DNA of 62,871 nt, counting the filler, from Bipalium vagum (lineage: Eukaryota), in assembly GCA_037834085.1 (NCBI GenBank). It is 3 parts of 3 records of this genome, joined end to end, with 100 filler letters (N's around TTAATTAATTAA, not from the genome) between each part and the next. Parts side by side here need not be neighbours in the genome. Positions count along the whole stretch, not along the records: positions 1 to 19,822 come from JBBMKC010267036.1; 2 more parts are not named here. One strand, 5' to 3'. Positions 1 to 13,899 of the stretch are shown piece by piece (within the stretch, counting starts at the first letter, position 1; each line of letters opens with the position of its first letter). The translations under genes and the position numbers were made by a program. A model generated the notes under the pieces. That model worked only from the letters and a program-made list of their open reading frames with translations, had not been told where the DNA came from and did not search any database.

Positions 1-2739
1 TACTAAAATCCCTTCGCTTTTATACTATTTGGGACTGATCTTCGTCTGGGAAAAAGTCTTCAGAAATTCTCAAAATTCTAAAAGTATCATCGTATTAATA
101 TTAATATTATTATTATTATTATTATTATTTATGCATTATTTATCATTTTTATTATTTATTTTTTTTCCCGGGGGGGGTGTCTTGGTAAACCCAACATATA
201 TAATTTTAAAAACTGTCTATAATAAATATAGGAATTAATAGATTTTAAAAACAATATAAATAGGAAGCTAAAAATCATAATATCGTCTTTTCAAAAAATT
301 TGAAAAATTAGTTTATTAAAACTAACCTTTAAAAGTTAAAGAAAAAACATAATAGTTTATAAAAAATAAAATAGCTTCAAACGACATATTGAATTTTGGT
401 TTATTATAAGTCTTGGAATAAATAAATAAGTAAAGTATAGGTAAATTATTACATTCACAAATTTAAATAATTTTATTACGCAGAACGTGACTAGAATAAT
501 CCCCCGTTTCTGCTTTAAATTAAATTAAATTTTCCGATTCCTCTTTTTGTTCTTCGACGTTTACAGTCTGCTGAACAAATTAACTGATTCGTTATTTTGC
601 TTCAAGTCGTCTCTACTCTTGCTAGTATAGATTGACTTCTTTTTAAAATTATTTAGAAAATTGTCATTTTAACAAATTTGTAAAAAATTGTGATAAACAA
701 GTAATTTGTAGAGTGTTCTTATTTCATTTGTAATTGGTATTAAATCACACATCTTTCTTTATTGGAGTTACACACTGCCCATAACTCAAAACCTTAACAC
801 TTCCACTTACTTTAAAGTAAGAAGATTATCCTTTAATGTTCATTAAAATTATTCAGTTGTATTTGTTGCTGAACAAATATATTTCGTTGTGTAATCCTCT
901 TAGTCAATTCGGTTAACATTTTTATTGTTGAATTATAAGCCAAGATTTTATTATAAATTTTTTGAATTAGATTTCAGCTTATAGTGATCGAGAACTTACG
1001 TTTGCAACATTGTCCACTATTATGACCTTGTGTCCAAATCAACTAGAGCTGCGTATTAAGATTGACTATTCAACAACTTTGCTTTTATTCATACGACTGG
1101 ACTCTGTATAAACCAGAATAAATATTTGAGTTCATTTAGAAATTCATGTAATATGAAATATAAAAGAAAAATATTTAAAAATACAGATAAAGCTTTTCTA
1201 ATTAATTTTCCATTAATTTGTCCCTTCAAAATGACAGTTATCAATTCACATACACTGTAAAGCGGTTTTTATTTTTATTTCTCAAAGAAATATTAATTGA
1301 TACATTAATATGTCTATTATTAATAATTCTTCGATGGGGTAAAGAAATTGACGAAAGTACATTGATAATTTCTTTATTATTGAAATATAATCAATGGAGC
1401 AAATAAAGCTTAAAAAATAATTGACATATTTCAAGAGATCCCTGCAAGCAATAAAGATGATAGGCTTTATGAGAACATTTTATCAACCATAAAAATTTAT
1501 TTCCTGTAGTGATTATTAATTCATTTACCATCTGCTAATAAATAGCAATGTAATTCCGTCGCAAAAATATTGTAGATCATATTCTATTGCTTAATATCAT
1601 ATATTATTAATTGTGTTATATTTTATATATATATTAATGCTAATATTATGAAATAATATTAATAATTACTGAAGATTAAAATTTCTTCTATTTATGACTG
1701 AAAACAATCATTAATTTGATAATAGTTTTAAGTTCTCTCAATTTTTTAATATTTAATTTTGATAATACTATACTTTATAATTATTATTTATATTATCAAA
1801 ATTAATATAAACTCAATAATAATATTTTAATAATAAGAGCAATTATAAACTAGTAAGCGATAATAGGCAATTATAGTTAAGTTTCTAAAGAGTTTATAAA
1901 ACTATTTTTATTATTGAATTAACTCCATTGTGCTCTACATAAATAATTTCCCCATTGTGAAAATGATATAATTCCAATATTTATTGTATGAAAAGATAGA
2001 CAACTTCTATTCTTCATATTTCAAAAATTCCAATTAGTTTAGATGCATTTAAAGATATCTTAATAGACTAGCGTTTATAGGTTGATTATAATTTAATCAC
2101 AATTCAAGAATTGAAGAATAACCCTTTTTGAACTTGTCATTATAATTTTTTTATTTTAATTATCTTATTAATGGAAATAATAAATATACTAACAGGTCCA
2201 TATTAACTTTTTAAATTTCTGAGACTAAAACGTATGGTGCTTGGACATTTTGAGAATCGTGAACTTTACGTGATATCTGCTTTTTATAATTGATTAAATT
2301 TTGATTTATATTTTAATAATTAAAGGTATATTCGATTTAATATGTTTTTCTTGTTTTCTTATTTAATTAAAACTTTTAAAGGAAATTCTAAATATTCTGA
2401 TATATAAATCGAATAAAAATTCGTAGTTTGATCAATATTGTTTTTGCAGAAAAATGTAATAAATTTAAACTATTAATTCCTTAAGTCTATTAATTTTTTA
2501 CCTTTCAAGATATAATTATAGCCAAATTGGATTTTATAAAGAAAATAGAAATAACAATGATAATAAAAAATTAGCAAATCAGTTAATTGAAGAAGAAAAA
2601 GAATGTGATAAATATATTAATTTATATAATAAATGTAAAGAAAAATAAAGAGATAATATGATAATACTACATACTACACTACACAATAATAATAATGATA
2701 TGATATGTAGTTTTTGATGGAAATAATTTATATCCTTTC

Positions 2740-3130
2740 GCAAGGTTTCGATAAAAATTCTGAATATTCTGGAAGTGGAAGGGTTTTAATAAAGAACAAT
2801 AAAAATTGACATTTATTTAACAATCAAAGTTTTATTTGAATATCCAGAACAAATTTCTTTAAACCAGTATCAGTAAAAAATGCAAAATTACATGTTCATA
2901 AAGATAAAAATTAATAATATTGATAAAATAATAAGATTTAGAAATGAAAAAGGACATACGTTGACACCAGTTAACTTTATGAGAAACTATAAAATGTGGT
3001 GGAATAAATTTAAGAATATTTGATGAAATATCCTATAAAGAAATTTTATAAGAATCACCAATAAAAAATTGATTATTTAGCAGAAAAACAAAAGAAATAT
3101 AAACCACGACATAATGAATTAGGAAATAAT
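2740..3130 (+). pseudogene. Possible highly decayed Polinton pPolB N-terminal region
   Basis: Hand translation gives KNSEYSGSGRVLIK, FEYPEQI and CGGINLRIFD, loosely resembling the GSGWxL...YIxLP...ISINVF segment of Polinton protein-primed PolB. Many stops and frameshifts. Confidence 0.25.
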
Positions 3131-5294
3131 TTGACAAAAATTAAACTATAATCGAAAGATAGAACCAACTAAACAATGGACAATATTTTGAAAAAAACAT
3201 TAAGAAAGAAAAGATGATTTAATTTTAGAAACGTCTTATTGTTTTCTTTTACAGTTAGGAGGAACTTATTTATTATCTCATTCAAAATAATTCACACTTT
3301 AATAATAACAAGATTTATTAATAACAAAATAACATTGAAAATTTCATTCATAATATCTTAATAACCGTCATCTAAACTCATTTGTTTCTTCCATCTTTTC
3401 ACCTTTCAGTTTTTAAAAAATTGTTTTCAATCTTTAAAATTCGATTATAGTTTTCTTAAACTAATACTTTATTTACATCAAATATTTTTATAAAATATTT
3501 GTTCCCAAAAATGTAGGTTGGATGCACACATTTTTAAATTTTATTTCTGTTTGAGAGTAAACGTAAAATAAATTAAAATTCCGTTAATTCTTTAAATTTT
3601 CTAAATTCTGTTTGATTTATTCTGTCTCTGTCCAAAAATATAGGAGAAAATTAATTGTCTTAATTTTTCAACTTCAATTTCACATTTTTTTCATATATAC
3701 ATAACTATTTGATATATATATATATATATAATTTGCTTGGGGATTTACATTTTTAAATATTTTAAATGTTTTAAATTCTCTTTGAATTTCTTTATTCTCT
3801 AACTGTATTTATATTTTATATTTCATATTTATGCTCAGCAATATCTTTTTCGTGATATTTAATTTTAGATTTTTAACAATTGTTTTAACCTTTACTTTCC
3901 TCATTTGTCTTTTTACATTCTTCTAAAATATTTTTTCAGGTTTATTATTTTTTTAATGATTGAACTTCATTAATTAATTAATTTTTCTTTTTATTCTAAT
4001 TCATTTATATATTTTATAAATTCAATATCTTCTTTTTTATATGATTCAAGATTTTTATTCATTTGGAATTTTTATAATTTCATTTTCTTTTTCAAGTTCA
4101 ATTTATACACATTTATTTTTCTATATTTCTCTTCTTAAATTTCATTTAATATTTTATTTAGTTCTTTAATTTCACTCTTTTATTCCTTTAATTTCTTTTT
4201 CTTTTTTATTTCAAAATTTTTTTCATGAGTTATTTCCATCATTTTATTTTAATTTTTTTCCAAATAATTAATTAATTCATTAAATCATTATTTATTTTTA
4301 AATTTAAATCATTTTTCCTCTTTTTTATTTTTTTTCATCATCCTCATCCATTGTTCATTTTTTACGCTTCCTCTCATTCCTCTCACCCCCTAATATTTTT
4401 ATTTTCGTTAATTTTAAAATAATTATTTATATGATTTTACGTATTTTTAAAAGCATTTATTGTTTATAATAAGCTAAAAGATAAATTCCTTTTTTAATAT
4501 TTGTAACAGTTTTAGGATTTAAAGAAATTTTTAAATAATCACATTTTTTGTTGTTAAATCCTACTGACAATTATTTTTATCTAAATTTAATTTACTCACC
4601 GTTAAGAAAATAATTTACGATTTTAACAAAATTTTTACTTTTACTTATTTCAAAGTTTTTAAAATAATAAATATTTCGCAAATTACTAAAAAAAGTATTT
4701 CCGTTTCAGTGAAAAAGGTGACGCTTTGGTTAAATTTAAAATAGTGGTTGTATTTTGTCTTCTTCTAAATTTATGAAAAATGGAATTTTTATCGAAATAA
4801 AAATAAATGAGCTAACATCCTTGCATAAATTATGAGATTTATCAGAATTTGAATTTTTAAAGATATTAGAACATTTGCATTATTTCTTATATTTCTCAAA
4901 ATATATTAAAATTCTGACTGAAGAAAAGACGTTTATGATAAAAATAATAAGATTATTGTAATAAACCTAGACCCATTCTATTATTATTTTTGAGTAATAT
5001 TAAAATTGAAATTATAAGTTGAAAAATAAACTAAACTTAATTCATAGTTTAAATTAGAATCAAGATTTAAAGGATGTTTTAATTTAAAGTATTTGGGTAT
5101 TTTCTTTTTATAACTTCTTTTTCCTTTATAAATCTTTATAATTTATTAAAATTTCATAAACCTTTATTATTCCCATACATGAAATTTAAAATGAAAAATG
5201 TGATCATTATTTTTTACAAATAGCTTTTTTTCAGAATTATCATAAAAATTTGAATCTTAAATTCTTAAAAAAATTTAATCAGTTTCATTACATT

Positions 5295-5750
5295 TGGTTG
5301 AACAGAAAGTTCGTTCATTTTTTAATAGTAAAATTTAACTTAATATTTTGAAATGAATATTTATTATAATCAAATAACTTTCCTGTAACGAAATTTGTTT
5401 TTATTAGTGAGTGTATTGAATTATTTAGGAAAGAAGGCTTAAAATATTCTATAATGACCAGCATATTCGCCACGTCATTCTTTTTAAATTTCATAACGGG
5501 GAAAACGCTACCAAAACACAAAAGAAGATATGCTCAATGTATGGCGAAAATTTTCGATCGATCTTGTCAAAAGTGGTTCTCAAAATTTAAGAAGGGGGAT
5601 TTCTCTCTAAAATATTCAGGTCGGTCAGGGCGGCCATCAACTGTCAATAATGATGATTTAATAGTCTAATTGAAATAAGACAATACAGAACAAATCGAGA
5701 CATATCAGAAATGTTAGAAATAAGTCAAACGTCTGTGATTAATCACTTGC
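5295..5750 (+). mobile_element. mariner 5' fragment (TIR-like end plus transposase N-terminal HTH)
   Basis: NDQHIRHVILFKFHNGENATKT and RSCQKWFSKFKKGDFSLKYSGRSGRPSTVNNDDL; TIR-like ttggttgaacagaaagttcgttc near 5295. Confidence 0.8.
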
Positions 5751-6739
5751 TGTCTTTTCTCCTTCAACATTTATTTTAATAACTTGAAATGAAATTATAA
5801 AAATCTTATACCAACCAAAACTTGATAATAGTTTGAAATATCAAAAATTATAATTGTATCATTTTCATGTCATTTTCTGTGATAGTTCTTATAGAAAATT
5901 GATTTTCTAAGAATAAAGGCATATCTGATCAAAAGATGAATACTAGTTGTATCAATTGTAATCTAAAGTTTTTCAGATTTCATATTTTCGAAAATTATAT
6001 ACTACCAAACAGATTGCAGCTTATGTGGTTAAGTTTTTCATCCATTATTTTATATTAATAAGAGCAATAATATCTTTTAATTTCATTTACATATTTTATT
6101 AATTCTTCATATTTATTTTTTATTTTATTTTCAAAGTTGTTTAATTCTTTTTAAAAATATTTTTTCTTCATATTCATTTTGACAATTACTGATTAATTGC
6201 ATAACCGATACAATAATAATTTTACGTTTTTCATAGTTTATTTTAAAATTTTTTTCAACATCAATTATAATTTTTAATTCTTTCTGAGGATTATGTTATA
6301 AAATAACTTTTAAAAATTTTTCTATTTTAGTTTGTTTTTTTCTTCAAATTTTTTTATTGATTTTGAATGTAAAATAAGCGAATTATTTTTTCTATATATT
6401 ATTTTGTGTATTCAATTTTGTTCATATTTTTTTGTATATTTTAAATTTACAACATTATTATTATTTATTATATCTTTAATATTTATTATATTGTTTTTAA
6501 TAATAGAATTACTGTTCATATGTATAATTTCTTACATAGCATCACAACTAACATTTAAAAAATTATTTTCTTATTCGTCATGAATAAAAGCAATTTCTTT
6601 TAATTTAAAAATAAAAATAATGAAAATAAAAATACTTTAAATCATTATTTATTTTTTAAAAAAAAAGTAAAATAACTTTAAAAAATAAAACTTTAATTTT
6701 GAAATTTTCTAAAAAACAATGTTTAACTTTTCTAAAATA

Positions 6740-7200
6740 TTTATATAATTCTTTATAAAGCTTTAATAAAAAAAACAACTGTCCACATTGTTTTAAATCT
6801 GTTTCACTTTGTAAATAACATTTTTAAAACATATTCTTCAAGTTTATACAAAGAATCTCGTTTTTATCATATAGATAAAAAAAAATCATTTACTTGTTTT
6901 AAAATCTTAACTTTAATTTTACAAAGTTTTTGTTATAATTCTTTGATTTCTCTTCTTTTCCTTTTTGTAAACTTATATTTCAAAATATTTAAAATTGTAT
7001 TTCTTAATTCTTTTCCAAAATAAAGATCATACTAAAGCCCTACTCTAGTTGTTACACTTTTGGTTTTATTGTTTCAATTTCCATCTTAGATTTCTTTTCT
7101 TCCAAATCTATTTTTCTTTCTCAGCATTATTTTTAGTAACTCTTTTACGTTTCGAACTTCTGTAGCAACTCCACAAGCATTTTCCAATCTTGTAAATATT
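6740..7200 (-). pseudogene. Polinton/Maverick relic: core-like protein and adenain protease C-terminus
   Basis: Visible DNA similarity to 56080-56870 (tgtccaca...tctgtttcactt; aagcc...agttgttac; ctgtagcaa.tcca). Minus-strand translation gives ACGVATEVRNVKE, VTTRVGL and LQSETDLKQCGQL (adenain Q...CG motif). Confidence 0.5.
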
Positions 7201-8606
7201 ATAAAGAAAATATAAAAAATTTATATATATATAAATGAAAGAATTCCTTCTTTTCGTTCTTCATTTTAATTAGTTCTTCTTTACTACAAATTGAAAAGAC
7301 GTCAGAGTTATAAAAAGTATTTATTGAAACAAAACATAATTACGTAACACGTAACTCTTCCTTCAATTAAGACTAATGCCATTTCTTCAGCCATTCAATT
7401 CTCTTCAGTTTGATTCCTTCTGGACCAGTCAGTTCAACTTGATGTAGGGATAGGAAGTTTGTGATCTTGTATGGACAATCATTCTTCTTTCTGTTTTGCG
7501 GCTCATTCCGTAGCAATACTTCTTCTACAATTGAAAACTCACGTGGACCTCTAATATCCGTTTCGAAGTTCTTCATTTTATAAGCTGCAATGTCTAAGTT
7601 TCTTCGAGCTTTTCTAATGATCTCTGTATCTGGATAGGTTTCGTCACGGCTGCCAGAATGAAGATTGACTTTGTAGCCAAATACAAGGTGAACTGAATTC
7701 ACACTCGATATTGAGGTCTCTCCGTTTTTGTTGAATCCAAGAACTCTCAAAGTTCTTTCCTCGATCTGTTAAAATACTCTTCGGCTTGCCAAATTTATAA
7801 ATCTAATGGTTCATTATTGCCTTGAACATTGATTGATCATCAAGTTTGGACATCGCGTATAGACTTACTAGTTTGCTAAAACGGTCAATAATGACAACCA
7901 TGTATTTGTAGTGTGCCGCTGCTTTTTCCATAAAGGCCACATCTACCACGATCTGCTCTAAGAAATGTGAGCTTCTTCTCGGGATAAGGATTTCTTTAGT
8001 GCGCGTTTGATCAATTTTTCTCTTGGCACAAACATCACAGGTTTTTAAACATTGTTTGACTGAATTCCAGATAGTTGAATATTTTCTTACTACCAAGATG
8101 AGACAGGTCGGCATGAATCTCTATCACAAATTCATCAATATATCTTTCTGGGATAATGATAAGATTTTGTTCGCTTCTTGATAAGTACACCAAATCCTCG
8201 ATAACTTTCAAGCTATCTCTCAAATGATAAAAACTGTTATTCTTCAATTCTTCAGGGTATTCTCTCCTCCCTTCTGAAAGACATTGAATAAATCCAGATA
8301 TCAGTTTATCGGCCTTCTGTTCGCTTCTTATTCTTTCCAATTGAGGAGTAATATTATGAACAGCACTGATGTATTTTGTTTTTGGCTTCTCAATTTTGGC
8401 TTGTTTATGCTTGAGGCTTTGTCGGATAATAGCAAATCAAATACGCCAACAAGACATAAGTTATTTATACTCAGCCATTCCTCAATGTCTTTCAACCATC
8501 TTTCGGCTTCAGTAGAGCTTCTGCGGTTATATCGTTTGATTTGAAATCTCCAAATTTCCTGTGCATTTTTTGGTAACGCATCCATGACTAAGTTTTTTTC
8601 ATGCAA
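7200..8606 (-). mobile_element. Internally deleted Ty3/gypsy retrotransposon remnant (gag fragment, integrase, PPT, 3' LTR start)
   Basis: Gag-like AERWLKDIEEW; integrase HHCC (IHADLSHLG...CDVCAKRK); core VDVAFM...VIIDRFSK; GPY/F-like C-terminus (CPYKIT). The stop is followed by the purine tract gaaggaagag and a tgttacg LTR-like start near 7330. Confidence 0.8.
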
Positions 8607-9899
8607 GTAATAATGAATCAGAAAATAAAGCTTACTAAAAATACATTAATATGTGGGAGGTTATATTTAGTAAGTTTTATAATATAAAAACTTTCCTAAA
8701 ATAGCAAAAACCCACATAGACTCTATTAATGGAAAGTTTTTTTTCCACCAATCAAGAGATCATGAATGTGAAAATCAGGATTATATAAGCTCTTGGTTTT
8801 CTCATTCAAAGCGCAATTAACTTTGCATTAGACAAGTTAAGCTGGTAATAATAAAAGGTAATAAATATGCTTCGGCTTTTTAAAATGTACATCGATCTAT
8901 TTTGAGAAAACTCTGAATAATTAAATAATCATTAACGTATTCAGAGCAAAATTCTCTGCAATACGTTCTTTTTATCATATTCTCTTATTTCTGTTTTTTG
9001 TTATCTTGACAATTTGATTCTGCTTCGATCTAGGCGACAGAATAGGTATTTTTAACACCAGGGCTTCTTCGGTTATCGTAAAACCAAGAAGACTTTAATT
9101 AATTAATATTATTATTGGGATAAGTTGTATTTGTTTTACAAAATATATTTTTGAATTAAAAATTGTGTTATCTCAGTTGACTTAATTAGACTTAGTTCGT
9201 ATCTAAGAACACTCATTTGTTACACTACATTTGAAGTTGCTGATGAGCCCATATCAAACCTATATTAATAGTGTTAGCATTTTCATATTTTCGAGATTAG
9301 ATCTCGCAGTAAGCGTTGAACCAAACACTTACATAAAATAAAATAAAAATAAATTTATTATTAATTAAAAGAAAAATATAACTTTTCTTAAAGAATAAAT
9401 TTCAAGATAAAATTCTCTTTTTGATATTTTTTTTTACAAAATCATATTTAGTATATTTCTTTAAAAAGTATCTTTCACAAAATTAAAAAATATGTATTTT
9501 CATTAATGTGAGATATTATTTTTTAAATTTATCACAAGAAATAATTTTTCAGAAAAGTTTCTCGAAGAACTATATTTATTAAAATATAAAAATATTTTTT
9601 AAACATTTGAAACTTTCTAAAATATAAATAAAATCGTGAACAATAATAAAATTAATTAAATTTTACAAAATAAATTATAAAAACATAACTTAGAAGATAT
9701 TTTTAAAAAGTTAAAAGATTTTGTATCATTTTTCTATTTTGATTTAATGTGTTGTGAAATTTCGAAATACTTGAATATACGTAGAAAATTGACTATTTTA
9801 TACAACTTTATTCAGAATATAATATTGTTAATGTGAAAGACTACATTTTTGTAAGACTACATTTTGTTGTAATGTGAAAGACTACCCCGAAAGTAATTT

Positions 9900-10921
9900 A
9901 TAACTTTTTTATGAAAACAAAGACATATACATAACATTTTTTGCAACTACGTATTTTACCAAGAAAAGACAAAGGAGCTGATTTATAAAAATTGATTGGC
10001 TTTATTAGTAAATGTATCAATGATTCTTTCAAATCTTGCAATAAAAGAATTAATTTTGAATAAACTATCTACTTAATATGCCTACGCAGAAAAATCTATG
10101 GATTAAGGTTCAATAACCTTGGTGGCCAATCAATAGCTCATCTTCTGTCAATCTGCTTTAAAGAAAAGTTGTCTAATCGCTTTCTCGAACTGCTAAAGAT
10201 CAGTATGCACTAGCACCATCTTGCATAAGGAGAATTGAGAATCCAAAATCACAGACCCAGATTATGACATAAGGCAAATTGATTGACCTCTTCAGTTTCA
10301 GATGAGGATTTTCTAATCACTTATAAATAAAGCTGTCTGCTCACACAGTCATGGATATGAGTAAGGTTACAAAGATTTTGAATCTTTGTTAATTTTTGGG
10401 AGGAATTTCTCACAAAATTATACTCAACTGTCAAGATCATCTGTCAATTACTGAAACAATTTTGTGATTTACGGTTTAAGAACCAATGTCTTCACCACTT
10501 TATGGACTATTTCGTGTTCAGTATTATAATCATTTGACAACCGCCTAACTGATGTATTTAGGTTTTCTTGCAACAGCTGATTGGTAATTTTATCCAAAAT
10601 TTTCTCAACCTTGCTTAGTTGACTTTCGCTTTCAAGGTGAATCCAAGAAATTCACATTTTTGTATTGATTGTTAGTTAGGTAGATCAATAATTATTTCTC
10701 GTTTCTAGATTTTTCTAATTGTTATGAGTTTAATTTATATTTGAATATAACTTTCTGCATCTACCCGACAATCGACGCATAACTTAAAATAAAAACAATT
10801 ATATTACAATTTTAAATATTTGATATCAACTTACATGTGGTAATACTTCAATTAAACAAAAATAGATATTCAAATATTTTTTTCTTTTTAAAGATTGAAA
10901 GTTACTTAATTAACACCCTAT
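9900..10921 (-). mobile_element. Decayed rosa-like (DD41D) Tc1/mariner transposon
   Basis: Minus strand MQDGASAY*SLAVRE and IDWPPRLLNLNP, then DFF after a frameshift. There are 121 nt between the 2nd and 3rd Asp codons (about 41 codons with frameshifts). TIR-like tatagggtg end near 10921. Confidence 0.55.
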
Positions 10922-12323
10922 ATAGTAGATAGTCAAGAATTTATATCTGAAAATAATAACTTCTAATGTACAGTCCTTAACTTTACAAATATTAAAGATT
11001 CAACTCCAAAGTGGTGGACTCAGTCGAGCTGAATTTCTTCTAGGTAATATAAGACATTTTCGAGTCCTACTCTCTTTCGGACTGAACCTCCACTGGGTAT
11101 GAAGGAGATTCAATTTTGTACCGTTTTCCTTCTATATCTTGTCATAAGTTTTTGATTTGTTTAGGTTATCTTGATTTGACAAGTGGGTAATGGGACCAAA
11201 CATTTTCATAAGTAAAAATTCTAGATTCTTCCAGTTATTTATGCCAGCTCATGATCCATCAGTATATTCCTGGGTAGTTTTATTGTTGTGTTCTCAGATT
11301 ATTAAAGAAGTTTTTAAGTTTCATTTTATATCACATTTCTTTCTGTTAACTTAGATAAAGACCAGTTCGACTACCTTTCGCGCTATTAAACCGATCTAAA
11401 ATTATTAAAATTTAATGTAAATTTTGTCTAATAAAACTGTGATAACTGAAATTACAATTCTTATTAGTATCAAAATTTAATATGAACATATTACGTTTAA
11501 ACAAAATTCAGTGTAACTAAATTATTAAAATTAAAAAAAACTGTTTCCTAGAATTTTCTACTAACCAGTTTTTATAAACCACTTTTTCTATTTTTCTAAT
11601 TTGGTTAAACAAGAAAAAATTTACTTGGAAAATTTATGAAGAAAAATAGAATAAAAAGCAAAAATACATCAATACGCTCATCACTTTCTGAGTGAAAAAA
11701 CCTAAAATGCAATTAATTAGCTGCTAATTAATTGTTAATATTTAATAACTATCGTTTATGGACAATTATTTATGGGAATAATTTATCTAGGTTGACATTG
11801 ATAATGATGTACGAAGAACCATGAGAGTACTCCAATGTGAGTATGTACGTGAGACATGAATCAGTTAAGCAGTTTAAAAAAAATTTACTTCATCTTATAC
11901 AATTTTAGTCAAAACTGATCTATAGAAATGTGTGTGTACGACCTTATTTTGACGTATTTCATGTGTGTATAGATGTGGATAGGATTCAGTATGTTTGTAT
12001 GCATGATTTATGAGGATGTATTCATGTGTTCGCTTTGTTGTGTTTGGTTGTCTCATTGGTATGACTTTATTTGCTAAACTGAAATCTCATTGTGTGGTAG
12101 CACTTTCTTCAATCCTATTGGATGCATTGGGTTGATTTTTTGTTTCCATTAGCTACACATCGTTGAGTTTGAACGTAATCTCAATATTAATATCATTTCT
12201 ATTTGACATTTCGTTTACTTATTATAGGCTATTCACTAAAATAATTTTATACTTTGACAAGAAAACCATAATTCATTTTATGTAAATCGAATTTTGAACA
12301 TCTTCCAAAAAAGTTTGAAGCCA

Positions 12324-12491
12324 ATGATTGAGATTAGGAAATTTTTCGGAATGTTGCTGTTCTTATTCTTTATTTTGATCACTCATGTCAGCATCAGTTT
12401 AGAATTAAAAAATACATGCCAATTTAATGCTTTTGTTGGACAAATCATAACAATTTCAAAATCAAAAGTTAGAGATTGTCGATGCGATAAG
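12324..12491 (+). CDS. DAG1: Dystroglycan-like protein, coding exon 1 (signal peptide and start of cadherin-like domain)
   Basis: ATG at 12324 (alternative 12351), hydrophobic signal peptide FFGMLLFLFFILITHVSIS, AFVGQII motif, donor AAG|GTAAGA at 12491/12492, phase 0. Confidence 0.7.
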
Positions 12492-12556
12492 GTAAGAAGG
12501 ATAATTTGATTTTCGTTTTCCGAATTAAGAATAATATTAATTAACTTTATACGTAG

Positions 12557-12882
12557 AATTATAACATATCGGATTGGCTGACGTACACTGGTCGTGGGAA
12601 TCAACACCTTCAAGGCATCCCAATCAATAAAGATATTGGAACTTATCACATTTCTATTTCTCCATCAAACTGTATTATCATAAATGTAGTTCAGTTAAAT
12701 AATACCGATCCTTTACAATTTAAATGTAACCTTCGATGGCCTACGCTAGCGGCTATCATTCTTGACGTGGATTTTTCTCAATTGAAAGCATTAGAAAGAA
12801 TCGATGTTTGGAATGCTTTAAAATTGAATTTAAAAGGTGCAGCTGGACTTCGAATTATGGAAGACGTTGCTTCATTCGAAAG
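12557..12882 (+). CDS. DAG1: Dystroglycan-like protein, coding exon 2 (alpha-dystroglycan N-terminal domains)
   Basis: 65-nt GT-AG intron 12492-12556, then open frame NYNISDWLTYTGRGNQHLQGIPINKDIGTYHISISPS...CNLRWPTLAAIILDVDFSQLKALERIDVW. This resembles vertebrate DAG1 SWLHW..[20 protein letters not shown] and [23 protein letters not shown]. Putative donor AG|GTTATT at 12882/12883. Confidence 0.75.
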
Positions 12883-12914
12883 GTTATTAAATATCCTTTT
12901 CTAAATCTTAAAAT

Positions 12915-13170
12915 CGCGTGAAAAAGTTATTTCAGTTTTAATCAATTTTTTAAAAGCCGGACTTTTAAATTATTCAGATTTTTATGTTTAAAATCAGAGA
13001 TTTCAATTTTTAATCCTCTATTTTGCAAAGTCTTTGCTTCAGCATGGAAGTAAATAAAGTAACTTTAAAATATTGCATGCTCTATGAATTTTACATCACA
13101 ACAAAGAAGTCAATGTTGCAAAATTTATATATTGAGTATGGGAAATTTTTTTCGTATTTTATAAAAATAT
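12915..13170 (+). mobile_element. mariner 5' fragment
   Basis: MEVNKVTLKYCMLYEF, a mariner N-terminus. Confidence 0.55.
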
Positions 13171-13194
13171 TAAAATTCAATAGGAAAGGTATAA

Positions 13195-13490
13195 AAAGTA
13201 ATTATTTAGACCTTTTTCTACAATAATCGCTTTTCATTTTTAGGTAGAATCATTATTCTTTCATTGAAAAAACTATTTTGCAAAAATTTTTAAAAAATGT
13301 TCGTATTTTGCAGAGAAATGAGCTTTATCCTGTTGAGATAGTTCTGCAGTGATCTAAATAAATATAATTTAACGGTGCCAAATGCGGACTGTACGGTGGA
13401 TGAGTACCCTAACCCAGCCAAACTTGTTCAATCTTTGCCAGACTTGAAGAATCTGTTGATCTGAAACACAATGTTGGTCCAAATTTCAAT
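13195..13490 (-). mobile_element. mariner 3' fragment
   Basis: Minus strand gives FGW, HPPYSPHLAPLNY and LFRSLQNYLN with frameshifts. Confidence 0.7.
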
Positions 13491-13899
13491 TTTGACCTAG
13501 TGTTTTAAAACCTTTCGATTAATCTTGTCAATTGATTAAAATACAGATCAGAATCAATCTTTATATTTTAAAATAGGATCTTAAATCATACCAGATACCG
13601 GATCATTTTCAAATCATACCAGATACAATTTTTAAGACATCGAGTTTCTTTTGACATTGTCATTAGTACTTTAGAAATGTAATTTTTTAATAACCTATCA
13701 GATTTAACTAAATATTCGTATTTACCAAAAGAAATTTAAAAATTCCTATTTCTATAGAAAAATATAATTTTAAATTTTAATGTTTTTAGAAAAAAAATTT
13801 CCCCACCCATTATTAATCAAAAACCTTTAATTAATGTACGTATTGTTTAACAAAATTTTGCAATAGAAATATAAATCTGAAAAATTAATTTCATTCTTG

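Noticed and set aside
29-238. Hydrophobic ORFs in AT-rich DNA (also 1218-1406, 6332-6583, 17032-17229)
   Set aside because: Low-complexity F/I/L translations of T-rich or (ATT)n sequence.
9235-9270. CTGATGA as a hammerhead core
   Set aside because: No stem II followed by GAAA.
10970-11290. GC-richer segment with EYTDGS (RNase H-like) or PRNILMDHELA (MULE-like) in alternative frames
   Set aside because: Single short motifs that conflict with each other; family cannot be assigned.
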